Below, in pieces: positions 13,392-25,819 of a DNA stretch of 64,000 nucleotides; the stretch's first letter is position 1, and the number at the start of each line of letters is the position of its first letter. A program made the position numbers and the translations under genes. The notes below the pieces were generated by a model. That model was not told where the DNA came from and did not search any database. It worked only from the letters and a program-made list of their open reading frames with translations. Origin of the DNA: Octopus vulgaris (lineage: Eukaryota); contig OX597824.1 of assembly GCA_951406725.2 (NCBI GenBank), positions 57,970,001 to 58,034,000 on the forward strand, written 5' to 3'.

Positions 13392-13780
13392 GGCGGCGAG
13401 CTGGCAGAAACGTTAGCACGCCAGACATAACGCTTAGTAGTATTTCGTCTCTGAGTTCTGAGTTCAAATTACGCCGAGGTCGACTTTGCCTTTCATCCTT
13501 TCGGAGTCGATTAAATTAGTACCAGTTACGCACTGGGGTCGATATAATCGACTTTATCCGTTTGTCTGTCCTTGTTTGTCCTCTCTGTGTTTAGCCCCTT
13601 GTGGGTAGTAAAGAAATAGAAATAGGTATTTCGTCCTGAGATCAAATTCCGCCGAGGTCAACTTTGCCTTTCATCCTTTCTGGGTCGATAAATTAAGTAC
13701 CAGTTGCGTACTGGGGTAGATCTCATTGACTGGCACTCTCCCCCAAATTTTCTAGGCCTTATGCCTAGAGTAGAAAAGAA
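13392..13780 (+). mobile_element. Tandem/dimeric tRNA-derived SINE with a Meta/MESC-like domain
   Basis: tRNA-like head GGCGGCGAGCTGGCAGAA...GAGTTCAAATT, and central GGTCGACTTTGCCTTTCATCCTTTCGGAGTCGATTAAATTAGTACC present twice. The first unit has a Tx1-like tail, the second the short tail. Confidence 0.85.
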
Positions 13781-13887
13781 TATATTATTTATCATACCTT
13801 ACATTCTAAAATATAGGAACCTTTCTTCTATACAGAGCAAACATTAAAATAAAATTTACTGACAGATATTTCAACTTTTGTTTCTAG

Positions 13888-14073
13888 GGTCCAGGGAGAG
13901 GAATCCATTGACACACGGAAATTTCCCATTTTTCTTTGTGCGTGATGGTCCCGGTGATGCCGCCCAGGTATCGGCTATAATGGAACAGATGTCCGCTTTA
14001 ATGGAACCACCTCCACCAACAACAGCTGCTGCAGCGGCAGCAGCAGCTGCGGCAGAATCTAGTAACTTCTGGA
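13888..14073 (+). CDS. Internal coding exon of an unidentified host gene (..SRERNPLTHGNFPFFFVRDGPGDAAQVSAIMEQMSALMEPPPPTTAAAAAAAAAAESSNFW..)
   Basis: Pyrimidine-rich acceptor TTTTGTTTCTAG, consensus donor GTGAGT, 186 nt (symmetric phase 1-1), open frame, and poly-Ala encoded by mixed codons. Confidence 0.7.
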
Positions 14074-14090
14074 GTGAGTTGAATTTTTCC

Positions 14091-14129
<39 letters not shown>

Positions 14130-14151
14130 GTTATTCTTATTATTGTTGTTA

Positions 14152-14258
<107 letters not shown>

Positions 14259-14499
14259 TTATTGTCATTTATCGCCGTCAGCTTGGCAAGCCATGCTTGA
14301 CCCCGCTCCGTACATTTTGTAAATGAAACTACGGACAACTGTTTTGTCCAGTTTTGGAACTTATACTTTTGGAGAGAAAGTAGTTTTCTACTGCTAGGTG
14401 AGTTTCTTTTCGTACGTTGTCCCCTAGTCTTGGAGGAAACCTCGGTTTAATTGTGTGCTATGAAATTTTTCTATTTTCCATAAAAATTTCTATCTATGC

Positions 14500-17400
14500 A
14501 GTGACGCTTGTAAGTGAGAGGCGGGAGAGTGAGGAGCGTCATCAAGACGTAGAGAAAGAGGGAGGGAGTGCGGCGCGCTAATGTCGCCCCGTTGAAAAAA
14601 ACAGATGACAGCCTGTTTTTAACAAGAGTGACGTTGAAATTGTTCACAAGGCGGAATATTTCAATAAGGAATTCTTGAAAAACAGTTCTATCTATCAACA
14701 ATAATTGTAGCAACAACAACTCCCAGCTGGAAGTGTAACAAACTAGCAACATACATAATAACAAGAGAAACAGAAGCAGAACATTTTTAACAGAGAAAAT
14801 AAATCCATTCCTTCATTACAAGCAGCAACAACAACAACAACAACAGCAACAAAAACAACAACATATCCAACGCATCTTTCGCCAAATTTGCTGAAGACAG
14901 ATGGGTGGAGCACTCCTTTAACAATGATTTTGGTAAAAATTTCCGAAAATGACTGGTAAAACCAAATTTTTTTCGTTCTATCATCAGGCAAAAAAGATCT
15001 GATCACAAAAAGAACAGTTCTCTATAGTTGTCACAATAAGAAGACCTGGTAGATTGAAAATCCTACTCCAGCACAGAAAGGAAAATGCCTAAAAGATGTC
15101 TGGGGTTCAAATTGCCACGTGAAGTGAGTAAGCTATTTGGATCTTTCGTTGCTATATGCCATAGCGAAGAGACATCGAAAAAGATGGCCTTGCACACTTG
15201 CTCCTCAGATGAATATATTTTCATCCTATCTTATTTGGAGTGGAAGGAGTAGTGAAAAAGGTTACTTTTTCAAATGTGCTTCCAGAGCTTAACATTCAGT
15301 ATTTCTGGATGATGCTGGATGAGTATGGTGATATTTTAAATTGGAAATCCATCCCGAAAGAAAATATATCGGTGGTCCAGGTGGAAGTGGAAATGCTGGT
15401 GACTGCAGAGAACTTTCATAGGTTCCCTGACATAATTTACATGGAAGGCGTGGAGCCCATAAGAGATGTGACTGAGGGCAAAAAAGCTTAAGTGTTACAT
15501 CTGCAGAAGTACAATCCATCAAAAGGCTTTCTGTCCTCAATTAAATAAACTGAAACCAGCCTTGTTGACAACTCCACATCCACATTTACAACAACCCTAT
15601 GAGCAGGTCAGGACCCCTACACCAAAACCTCGTCAACGGAAGATTTCCCCTTGCTCCTACAGAAGAGCATTCTCTTCCCAAACTTCTGGTCCCGCAAGTC
15701 AACAACAACGACTCAAGTTCTTCTTTCGACCAAATTTCTCCACCTCCTACCGATTCTTTTGGAAATCACTCGGAGAAGAAAGATCAGACAGAGGTATAGC
15801 AAACAGTAACCAAATGGGCAATACGAAAAGGAGCGGGGTACAGAAGCCCACTCTGAGAACTCAAAAAAACCAACTACAAACACAAAGATCATATATACAG
15901 CCCATTTCACATCCACTCCAACGATGACAACATTAACATCATCAACAACAAAAACAACAGCAGCAGCAACATCGACAACAACAGCAACATAATCATCAAC
16001 AACAACAACAACAACAGCAGTAGCAGCAGCAGCAACAACAACAACAACAGCAACAACAAAACACAGACACTAAAACTGTTAAAAGAAAACAATTTAATCG
16101 GTACACACAATGTTTCCATCAATTTTACTGTTGTGAACAAAAGCAACAATGACTTTTACCTAATTTTACCTAATTGAAAATAAAAAGTAAAATCCAGAGA
16201 AGTGGGAGGTATTTGATAATTTCATCCTCAAACCTGAATGACAGATTTTACAATAACAGGAGAAAATTTTTAACAAGGAAAATGAAATCATGTCCTCTAC
16301 TACAAGCAACAACAACAACAACAACAACAGTGTCTACCAACGCTACTTCGAAGCCGTTCTAAAAGCGGCCGGTTTCAGACCCCCTTTCAGAGGCTGGCCC
16401 GCTGCAGTGTACAACGGTATCTGCTCAGTGGTCAAAGTAAACGGTCAACCTATCGCCATCGTTTTGCATTGCACGCTCAGTCCATCAGGGCTTCTCGCTT
16501 TCATCTCTTCTCTACGTGCTGGCTCTCGAGCCTCTGCTGCGGAAGTTGGAACAGTTGAAGGGCATTTCTTTCGAACTAGGGACACTAGGATAGTGTCGGC
16601 TTACGCAGACGATGTCACTGTCATAATGTCGGACAACTCCGAAGCAGTGACAGTCGATTCCATTGTAAACGAATATGAGTCGGTTGCATGGGCCAAAATC
16701 AACGCCGACAAGTCGGTGGGATTGCAGCTGAGCACCTGGTGAGGCAGGTTGATGTCGTCAGACGGCGTCTTTGGACGCTGGATTGACGGACTAGTTTAAC
16801 TGCTCGAGGTCTAGTTCGGTCCTGACCTCTAAATGGATAAGAATTGGGACGAGGTGACGAACAGGATAGCCAGTCTTATCTAGAAATAGTCAGAGATGTT
16901 AGGCAGAGGTGACGAATGCCCACTTCGTCTCCGTTATCATTTGTCACCTGACCATCTTGCTGGAACGTCTCTTATTTTCATGTGGAAGGGAGTGTTCCAA
17001 TGATCCGGCAGTAGTCTACTGCCATCATACACTGCGTGGCCGCTTAGGAATGCCGGGGCTTCTGATGCACAGACATGCACTCAAGTTTCGTCACCTGCAA
17101 AGATTTCACGACGATGAACGTGTGTGGGCTCCGTTCGTGTGGCATGTTTTTCGGCAGCTTGTTTCTTTGACAGAGTTTCAGTCATGGGTGAAAAATAGAT
17201 CGAGAATGGGTGCCCGGAACCCAGAAAGTCATCAGGTGCTCACAACCCTCTACCAGTCGGGTTGTGAAATCTGTAGATGTTCCACTTTAGCAATATAAGT
17301 AGCGAGAAAGTGCGGCGAAGTTCTCGGGGAGACTCTAGGCGTCGACGAAAATGAACTGGCTAGTCTCTTCCGGAAGACTTCCCGGTTGGGCACTACCATG

Positions 17401-18125
17401 AGTAATTTCCAGATGTCGTTGTCCTGACAGAGCGACCGAATGGGCTACGGGTTCAAGATAAACTCTACGGTCACGAGTGTGTTGTCACACGGGCTTGTCC
17501 GAAAGGCACGTAATGCAACGTAGCCGTTCTGTAGGGCCTCTGACTTAAGGAGTTTTGTCGAACAGCTGTTATTGCGTGTAGGGCGGTCCAATTATCAGTT
17601 GAGCCCGTTGTGATTGCCCCGCCGCCTTCTTTTGGACAGGAAAGGAAGGTGCTGTCTGGCGATGTGGCGAAAGAGGTAATGTGGTGGACGAAGGTGAAAA
17701 GACTGAAGACAAACACTTTCTTAGGCCAAGACTTTATCGAAATTTTCAGGTTCCACTTAAAGAGGAAAATGAATGGGGAGATGGAAGTGCTAACCCCCAG
17801 TATTTTTTATGAAAGATGGGTGACTGTGGCGAGGAAGACACATGTGAATGGGTCGATTCTAAGCATGCGCCTGTTAGCCCAAGGGAATGGAGAGGAGAGG
17901 AGAGGAGTGCCCTCGATGTTCGGAGTGTTTAGGATGATAGGGGTTCCTTGATTGCCCCTTGGGGGAGCTTCCTTCTTTTGGGGGAATTTTATTATTTGAA
18001 AATTTTAATTGTTTTTGTTTTATTTTTTTTTACTGTTTACATGCACTGTATGTGAATCTTCACTTTCCTTTGTGTTGTATCGACCTTTGTTTTGTGTGCA
18101 GACCTTGAGGCCGATAAAGAAAGAA
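14500..18125 (+). mobile_element. Old, internally deleted Tx1-clade LINE
   Basis: ORF1-like remnants at ~15000-16150. RT remnants at 16330-17950 (AVLKAAGF, VSAYADDVTV, KINADKSVGL) are homologous to the minus-strand copies. 3' end TGTGTGCAGACCTTGAGGCCGATAAAGAAA. The 5' boundary is uncertain. Confidence 0.75.
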
Positions 18126-18326
18126 TTGCCATTATGATTATAATTCTATTTTTATTATTGTTATTATTATCATTGTCAAAAATATTAAACGTAAATTTAT
18201 AATAGACATTGTAATCAGCAATTTGAGACCTAATAAAAAACACACTGGTCATGTAGTTGTGCTCTTCTCTCTTTTCCCTTAAATTATTATATATTCGCTA
18301 TCGAATTATTATTGTTATTATCATTA

Positions 18327-18859
18327 TTGAGTGAGAGATCAGTGCATACCATCAAAGTGACACTACGGTAAAATATACGAAGCCCAGTATACCCATCATG
18401 ATTACTTGTCTGATAAGGGTACACCAAGCACGTGCATTACAACCATATGCGTGCAACTTAGTGATCTCATATCAAGATAAACAGCGCATGACCTAGCTGG
18501 TGGGGCCCAGTTGAAATTTTCTTCAAATCGAGTATCCCACCCCACCCAAAAGGTCCCTGAATAAGGGTACTTTAAGGACGATGAACAAAATATCCATGTT
18601 TCCTTAGGTAAATTATCCAAACCTCAAAGAATTCCTCTCGTCACATAGCTATGTTGCTCCCCCACTACTTCTGGTCGTGATTAGAGATGCACATGTCATC
18701 AGCCACAAAGGGACATACTCAACTGGTTAAGGTCAAGCAACTGACAAGCAAATCTGTGATATTGAGCAGAATATTTGCTGTAGCCTATGTACATGATAAC
18801 ACTTCCAATCAGTTAAGATCAGGAGCCATGAGTGCCAATGCCTGGCACTGCATCAGGGC

Positions 18860-18861
<2 letters not shown>
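18327..18861 (-). mobile_element. Non-coding retroelement embedded in (AAT)n, possibly an R4/Dong-related 3' UTR or SINE
   Basis: Unique ~535-bp block bounded by AAT repeats on both sides. A second terminal fragment at 832-861 also abuts (ATT)n. Confidence 0.5.
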
Positions 18862-18935
<74 letters not shown>

Positions 18936-19133
18936 TCTTACTATTCATTTAATTATTTAATTATTTTCGATTTGTGAGTATGATGTAGGGGGCCATTGTA
19001 TAAATATATGTGTTAGCACTCATGGCCCCGTTTGTAGTCTTTGTGATTCTTTCAAGTGGTATTTTTTTTCATATCTATTATAATCAGATGGTCCCCGATT
19101 GATTTCCACTCATATGTGTGTGTGTGTGTGTGT

Positions 19134-19184
<51 letters not shown>

Positions 19185-19261
19185 AACAGCAGTTTGCAGT
19201 GTTTCACAAAAATGTGACATACCACCCTCATACAGAAAGTGCTTTGCTGTATATGGGTATA

Positions 19262-19312
<51 letters not shown>

Positions 19313-20399
19313 TTGTTGAGTCCCTGTAAGTTCTAAAGTAAGGTATATTGTATACGGGTATATTATAAAGAGGTATATCACATACGGGTATATTGAATAC
19401 TATTTTATAAAACTTAGTGTGTTTAAAGGATGAAATATTAGATACATATATGAAGAAGTAAAAAAGGCAATGCTATATTTAAACTACACGATTCCAGCAC
19501 GCTCACTCACACACACGTCTGTGTATAAGTGCGCGCTAATGAGGTACACACATGCAGTTATATAATAGTGCAGTTAACATGAGAATTATAATTACCACCA
19601 GCATTAACTCTATTACTCAATCCTTAAATCCTCATTTTACAGTAATAATGTCTGCTGGATGCTGTGTGTAGTCATAGCAACAGTACTCAATCAATTTCTC
19701 GCTGATACTAAAAAATGGATGCCTTTTTTCTTCTCCTCCCACTCCATCATCAGTTGTAAACATATATAACACCTATAAGCATGTATATGTATACATACGC
19801 ATTCAAGCATTTATAAACCTGTGAGTATATAAGGCCTTTAAGTATGCGTGTGTGTGTGTTATGTACAGTGGGTGGTGTAAAACAGGGTGTGATTTCAAAC
19901 TTAATTATACAACATTAAAAGCAACAGCCTCTACCTACTTGTAATTACCGTCCCGAAACTTCAAACGGCCACTGTAATTAAAAAATGCGTTATCTTCATT
20001 TCCAGGCGGTAATTGATTCAAGTAGTTATCAATTGATGATCACATGTGGATGCCTTCACGTAGTTATGTGTGCAGACCTAACGGCGTGTGTATGCGTTTG
20101 TATTTGTATATAAATATATACATTTGTGTGTGAGTGCGTGTGTGAGTGTGTGTGTTTGTGTACATATTTGTGCGTGTGTGTGTGTGTGTATGCATGTATT
20201 CAGACGTACATGAACACGTTCTCCTAAACTGTATTGAATACTTCGGGTAATTGCATTTCCTCGTATTTCCATATTAATGTTAAACCTCCTTTCACTAAGT
20301 ATCCACACGCCCGTTCGCATACATATTACAGACATATATATATATACGCGCGCGCGCACACACACACATACACATACACGCACATACACAAACATATCT

Positions 20400-20770
20400 T
20401 AAGCGTATACTAAGCGTATAAAAAAAAACATTTAAGGTTTATGTGAATTAGCATACAAAAAACAAAAAAAGTCTTTAAAAACAATTCGGAATATTTGACA
20501 GGCCTTGCTGCTCTAGACTGATGATGGGCAAGACCCTGAAACATGCGTGTCTCTAGATGCAGGCCTAGCTGTTGGGGGTGTTTGTCTCCCCTTCGTAAAT
20601 ATATAAGGACACAGGAAATGTGTCAAGGCCGACAGGAAGCGTCGATGCTTCCTAGGGCTAAATAGCGGTGGTGCAATTCCCTTACGGGACTGTCACGTTA
20701 AGTTGACAGTATACAACCACTCAATCGCTCCACCACAGCACATATCTCTATGAGATATTTAGAAATTTAA
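20400..20770 (+). mobile_element. Probable Penelope-like pseudo-LTR fragment
   Basis: Contains a minimal type I hammerhead and is bounded by (CA/TA) microsatellites. Confidence 0.5.
20512..20557 (+). ncRNA. Type I hammerhead ribozyme (minimal, PLE-type)
   Basis: TCTAGA-CTGATGA-T GGG CAAGA CCC T-GAAA-CATGCGT-GTC-TCTAGA: canonical core, GUC site at 20549-20551, near-palindromic stem III. Confidence 0.85.
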
Positions 20771-20789
20771 TATAATATATATATATATA

Positions 20790-22481
20790 ACCAAGGCTAT
20801 AGATGAAATGAAAACAGACTCAGCTACTGGCCCCGATGGATTCCCGGCAATCCTCCTAAAAGCATGTAAGAGAGTCCTAGCAAGACCACTGCAGTTCCTC
20901 TTTCAGAGCTTCCTTGCAGCTGGCAAACTTCCAGGAAAACTGAAGGAAGGTAAAATATGCCCCATTCATAAAGGAGGTAGCAGAGCGGAAGCCAAGAACT
21001 ATAGACCTATCTCTCTGACCTCACACATCAGCAAGGTCATGGAACGAATAGTCAGAAGGAAGCTGATCACCTTCCTTGAAGAGAATGACTTGCTGCCCGA
21101 CACCCAACATGGTTTCCGACCAGGGAGAAGCTGTTTAACTCAGCTCCTACAACACTATGACTGGGTGCTGAAACGGCTGCTCAACCACTCAAATGTGGAA
21201 GTGATATATCTCGACTTTGCAAAGGCCTTTGATAAAGTCGATCATGGAATGATATGTCACAAACTGCGTGATCTCAACATAGTTGGAAAACTGGGAGAAT
21301 GGCTTCATGACTTTCTGAAGGATAGAAGTCAGGTGGTAGTAGCCAATGGGGCCACCTCCATTAACACACAAATAGTGAGCGGTGTTCCGCAGGGCACTGT
21401 TCTGGGACCACTACTGTTCATAATGGCCCTCTCAGACATGCCCTCAGCCACGCAGAGAGCCACGATCACAAGTTATGCAGATGATACAAAAGTTTCACAG
21501 GCAATACAGAACCCTGAGGACACTAAACACCTGCAATGTGAGCTGGACGAAATATACAAGTGGGCTGAAAAGAATAGCATGCAGTTCAATGCTGGAAAGT
21601 TTCAAGCTTTATACTATCAGCATGCAAAACTGAATGCAATACCCAATGAATACACTGGACCCGGAGGGATTGCAATCCCAGAGGCACAATCAGTGCGTGA
21701 CCTGGGTATTCACATGAGTGATGACGCGACCTTTCATGTACATGTTGCTAAACTGACAATGAAATGTAGACGGCTGGCTGGATGGATTCTTAGAACCTTT
21801 AGAACAAGAGAACAAGAAACCATGATGGTCCTCTGGAAGACACTTGTCCTAAGCCACTTTGACTATTGCTCTCAGCTATGGTCACCATCCAGTGTCAAGT
21901 TGATCACAGAACTTGAGGCGATCCAACGAAGCTACACAAAGAAGATAGCCTCTATGCAGAATGTAAGCTACTGGGAAAGACTCAAGAGATTAAAATTATA
22001 TTCCCTGGAGCGTAGGCGGGAAAGATATGCCATAATATACATCTGGAAGATCCTGGAGGGAAGTGTCCTGAACTTTAGCATCGAGAGTTACGCAAATGCC
22101 AGAACTGGGCGCCACTGCGTGGTGCCTAGGACTCCAAACCTGCCATCAAGATGTAGGACAAGATTCTGTGATAGCCTGGGCTTCCGAGGCCCACAGCTCT
22201 TCAATATCCTCCCGAAGAACCTGAGAGACCTGCATGGGGTGGATACAGATGTCTTTAAAATGAAGCTGGATCTCTTCCTGTCAGGTGTCCCAGATGAACC
22301 AACTTCACGGCAGGAGGGGCAGATGAGGGCAGCTGCATCGAACTCTCTCATGCACCAAATAGCAGTTGCTAGAAAGCCTCCATGAAGTGAAACCAAGTAG
22401 CAACACCAAATGGCGGTGCCCCAGCATGGCCACAGCTCATAAGCTGAAACTAGAATCAATCAATCAATCAATCAATCAATC
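20790..22481 (+). mobile_element. 5'-truncated CR1/L2-group LINE with an (AATC)n tail
   Basis: Starts abruptly after (TA)n; RT ORF, short 3' UTR, then (AATC)n. Confidence 0.9.
20808..22385 (+). CDS. LINE ORF2 reverse transcriptase, C-terminal 525 aa, uninterrupted
   Basis: GPDG, NYRPISLTS, QHGFR, YLDFAKAFDKV, GVPQGTVLGP, YADD, DLGI, DYCSQLW and LYSLERRR motifs. Confidence 0.9.
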   Translation: MKTDSATGPDGFPAILLKACKRVLARPLQFLFQSFLAAGKLPGKLKEGKICPIHKGGSRAEAKNYRPISLTSHISKVMERIVRRKLITFLEENDLLPDTQHGFRPGRSCLTQLLQHYDWVLKRLLNHSNVEVIYLDFAKAFDKVDHGMICHKLRDLNIVGKLGEWLHDFLKDRSQVVVANGATSINTQIVSGVPQGTVLGPLLFIMALSDMPSATQRATITSYADDTKVSQAIQNPEDTKHLQCELDEIYKWAEKNSMQFNAGKFQALYYQHAKLNAIPNEYTGPGGIAIPEAQSVRDLGIHMSDDATFHVHVAKLTMKCRRLAGWILRTFRTREQETMMVLWKTLVLSHFDYCSQLWSPSSVKLITELEAIQRSYTKKIASMQNVSYWERLKRLKLYSLERRRERYAIIYIWKILEGSVLNFSIESYANARTGRHCVVPRTPNLPSRCRTRFCDSLGFRGPQLFNILPKNLRDLHGVDTDVFKMKLDLFLSGVPDEPTSRQEGQMRAAASNSLMHQIAVARKPP

Positions 22482-22482
22482 A

Positions 22483-22600
22483 TATACGACGAGCTTCTTT
22501 CAGTTTCTGTCTACCAACACTGTTCAAGGTGCCACACAGTACATCTGAATCCAGAAAAATATGGTTGGGAAGCGCAATGACCTTCCTAATCACACAAAAT
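22483..22600 (-). mobile_element. CORE-like SINE 5' fragment
   Basis: CTTCTTTCAGTTTCTGTCTACCAA...CAAGGTGCCACACAGT is the reverse complement of the 279-680 family. Confidence 0.65.
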
Positions 22601-23059
22601 GTTTGCATCATGATTTTTGAATCGGCTTTCTCTCTTAAGATGTAATACAAAATCGACTCCAGTTTAATTTGAACTTAAAAGATATAGGACTAATGATAAC
22701 ACTAGCTAAGGATAGCACGATCATTCATTGGACACTTGTCGGATTGTCCCAATCAACATCTTCCTTTAAAAGAGTCCTTCTCAAAAGTTGTTAACTACTG
22801 CACCTCTCCTTTTCCCAACACATTCCCCCCTTCCCACCGCCACTACCATATACATAAACGTGATATCAAAACGAAGTAATTCAGTTTCTGAACTAGTTTG
22901 GTGCGAATACTACTTATTCCAGCACCGCTCTACTATTGAGTTTTACACACACACACACACACACCCCCACACACACACACACACATTGCACATACACGCA
23001 CACACGCACGCGCACACACGCACTCACGCACACACACGCGCGCGCGCGCGCGCACACAC

Positions 23060-23102
<43 letters not shown>

Positions 23103-24059
23103 TATTTCCCAGTTAAAATTTCTTTATATTTCAGTTTATGGGTGTATTTTCTATATCTTCACGCACATACATACGCATTTACAGTCGTTCATTTTTCTGC
23201 CAACATGTGAGTTTACACTTGTTTGTTTACAAACATGGTTGATTACATTGATAACTAGAATTAATAATATATAACCATGTACATGTGCATATATGTATGC
23301 ACCCATAAGTCAGGGACATTGTCTAGAGCTACATTTGCAATGGCCGTCTTCATTGCTTGTATGAGAATACCCACAATTGTGTACAGCATCTTTCAAATTA
23401 TACTTTAGTTTATTGTTTTTAACTTACATATACAGGCGTCGTACAATCAGTTTCGTTTATTTGTTGTTTACTTGTCAAAGTTAATGACTGTCGTTGTTGC
23501 GATTATTGACTAGTAAGCAGTTTATCATAAAAAGTTTATTAACATTATTATCTAAATACGAGAGAAATAACTAAAGGGTCTGTATCATCCGTACAACCAT
23601 CCTTGTCCCTTGTATGTATATAAAACTTTCTAATTGGGTGGTACCGCTATCTTTTATAAAAAGAATTTTAATAAAAGTTTGTATTCTAAGTCCCATCAAG
23701 TTCCATAAACAGTCATTTGGCATGATTCAAAATTATGACTTCGAATTATGAGACAAAGAGCCCCCCCCCCCACCACCACCACCACCACCACCAAAGAAAA
23801 CCTTGACACAGTAGTCAGCTGAAGGCATCGCATTGATTTTCATTTTCGTAAGACTAAAGAACAAGTTATGTAGTGTGATGCTCCACTCGTTTTCCTATCC
23901 AAAGCAATTTATTGAAAATAACTATTGACAAAGTTTTTGTCATCGGAAATCTATGGAATTGTTAACATGGTATGTGTGTGTGTGTGTGTGTGCGTGCGCG
24001 CGCATGCATGTGTGTGTATGTGTGTGTGTATGCAGAGAGAGAAAGAGACAGGTAGGCAG

Positions 24060-24115
24060 ATAGATAGTTAGGGAAATAGACCGACGGACATACAGACAAA
24101 CAGACAGACAGATAA

Positions 24116-24151
<36 letters not shown>

Positions 24152-24180
24152 GTAGGTAGGTAGGTAGGTAGGTAGGTAGG

Positions 24181-24242
<62 letters not shown>
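24060..24242. repeat. (GATA)n/(GGTA)n/(GACA)n array at the 3' end of Tx1 copy A
   Basis: Seen directly. Confidence 0.95.
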
Positions 24243-25750
24243 TGTTTCTTTATTAGCCACACAGGGCTGCACACAGACGGGACAAAATTACAAGGTAGAG
24301 CTTTTCTTTTGTGGGTAAAAGAAGGGGGTTTGGTTTTCGATCAAAAGGGATCGTAAAAGGAAAGAAAGAGGACAAAAATAGGGGAGGATTTAAAAAGGGG
24401 GGAGGGAAGAAAAGGGGAGAGGAAAAAAAAAAGTTGATCAATAGGGATCGTAATCACAGAAATGTCAATAAGAAGTGTAAAGAGGAGGACAGGTGAGGTT
24501 TACCCGTGGAAAGAAAAGCCTACGGAAAAGACCACGGTAACCTCGGTCAATGAAGCCACATGTTATATTTCTTTTTTTTTTTTTGCAAATAAGCAACTCT
24601 CTGTATTAATTTTTACGGTTCATAGCATCATAGTCAAGGTGGCTTCGTCATTCATACGTGCCATCCTTGCTACATTCACCCATCTTTTTTTAAAACATTC
24701 ACTAGACAGAACTTGCCTCTCTACTCTCACTTTCCTCTTCAAGTGATACTTGAAGAGGTTGATGAGAGATTGACCAGAGAGGAAAGTGTTTGTCTCTAAT
24801 CCTTTCAGGCGCGTCCACCAGGTACATTCTTTCGCTATAGTCACAAGTATGATAAAAATAGCTCTTCCTTCCCGTTTGAAGGAGGGAGGCGTGACAATAT
24901 TAACGATAGACTCGGCTGATAAACCGACACGTCCCACACGTGACAGCAGTCGTTCGTCATAAGCCCACAGGTTGGAAATTGCTGGACACTGCACGATTGC
25001 GTGCAGAGCGGTTTCGTCGCTCTGCCCGCATCTCGGGCAGGTCGGCCCCGTGTTTCTCGAGCCATGCCTATAGAGCTTATCCCGAACGGGTAGCGCTTCT
25101 CGGTAGCACCGCCAGGCCAGGGATCTCTGGAAGTTGTCCATAGGTCCCGGGCCGAAAGTCGTTTGAAACAGGCGGGTCAGGTATTCCTCGTCGACGCCCA
25201 GGTTTGCCCCGAGCTCGTCGTCGTACCTCCCCTCCACTAATCCCCTATAGAATGCTTTGGTTGTGTTGAAGTCACTCAAGGTCGACCCGGGACGGCAGAG
25301 TTGCTTGAGAGCAACGCGACACTCGCGGTGCCATTCGCCCTTCCTCGGCCTCTTTTTGATCCACGACTGCAGTTCGGTCATGGAGACGAGTTGCGGGAAT
25401 GCGTGCTTCACAAACGGCGACCACACCTGTTCACCGTCGTCTACATAGAGCCGGAGATGTCGCAGTCTCAGCGCGTGTCTGCGCATCATCAACCACGGCA
25501 TGCCCAGCCCTCCTTTTAACGGGTGTTGACAGCAAATGGATCGCCTGACCATCGGGACGCATCCTTTCCACAAGAAGCGGAAGAGAATGGGTTCTAGTTT
25601 GGTGATGGTAGGGTCGGGACAAGGTACGACGGTCAGGCGGTAGTAGATGATGGACGCGATGTACGTGTTCGCCACCTCCACCCGACCTTTTAGGGACAGT
25701 TTCCACTCGGCCCATTGCTGGGCGAGAGTGACCACCCTACTCGTTATCTC
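24243..25750 (-). mobile_element. 5'-truncated Tx1-clade LINE (copy A)
   Basis: Open 371-aa ORF2 C-terminus (KLSLKGRV, GGLGMP, CPRCGQSDETALHAIVQC zinc finger), 3' UTR and AATAAA; (GATA)n on both sides. Confidence 0.9.

Positions 25751-25817
<67 letters not shown>
25751..25817. repeat. (GATA)n spacer between the two Tx1 copies
   Basis: Seen directly. Confidence 0.95.
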
Positions 25818-25819
<2 letters not shown>

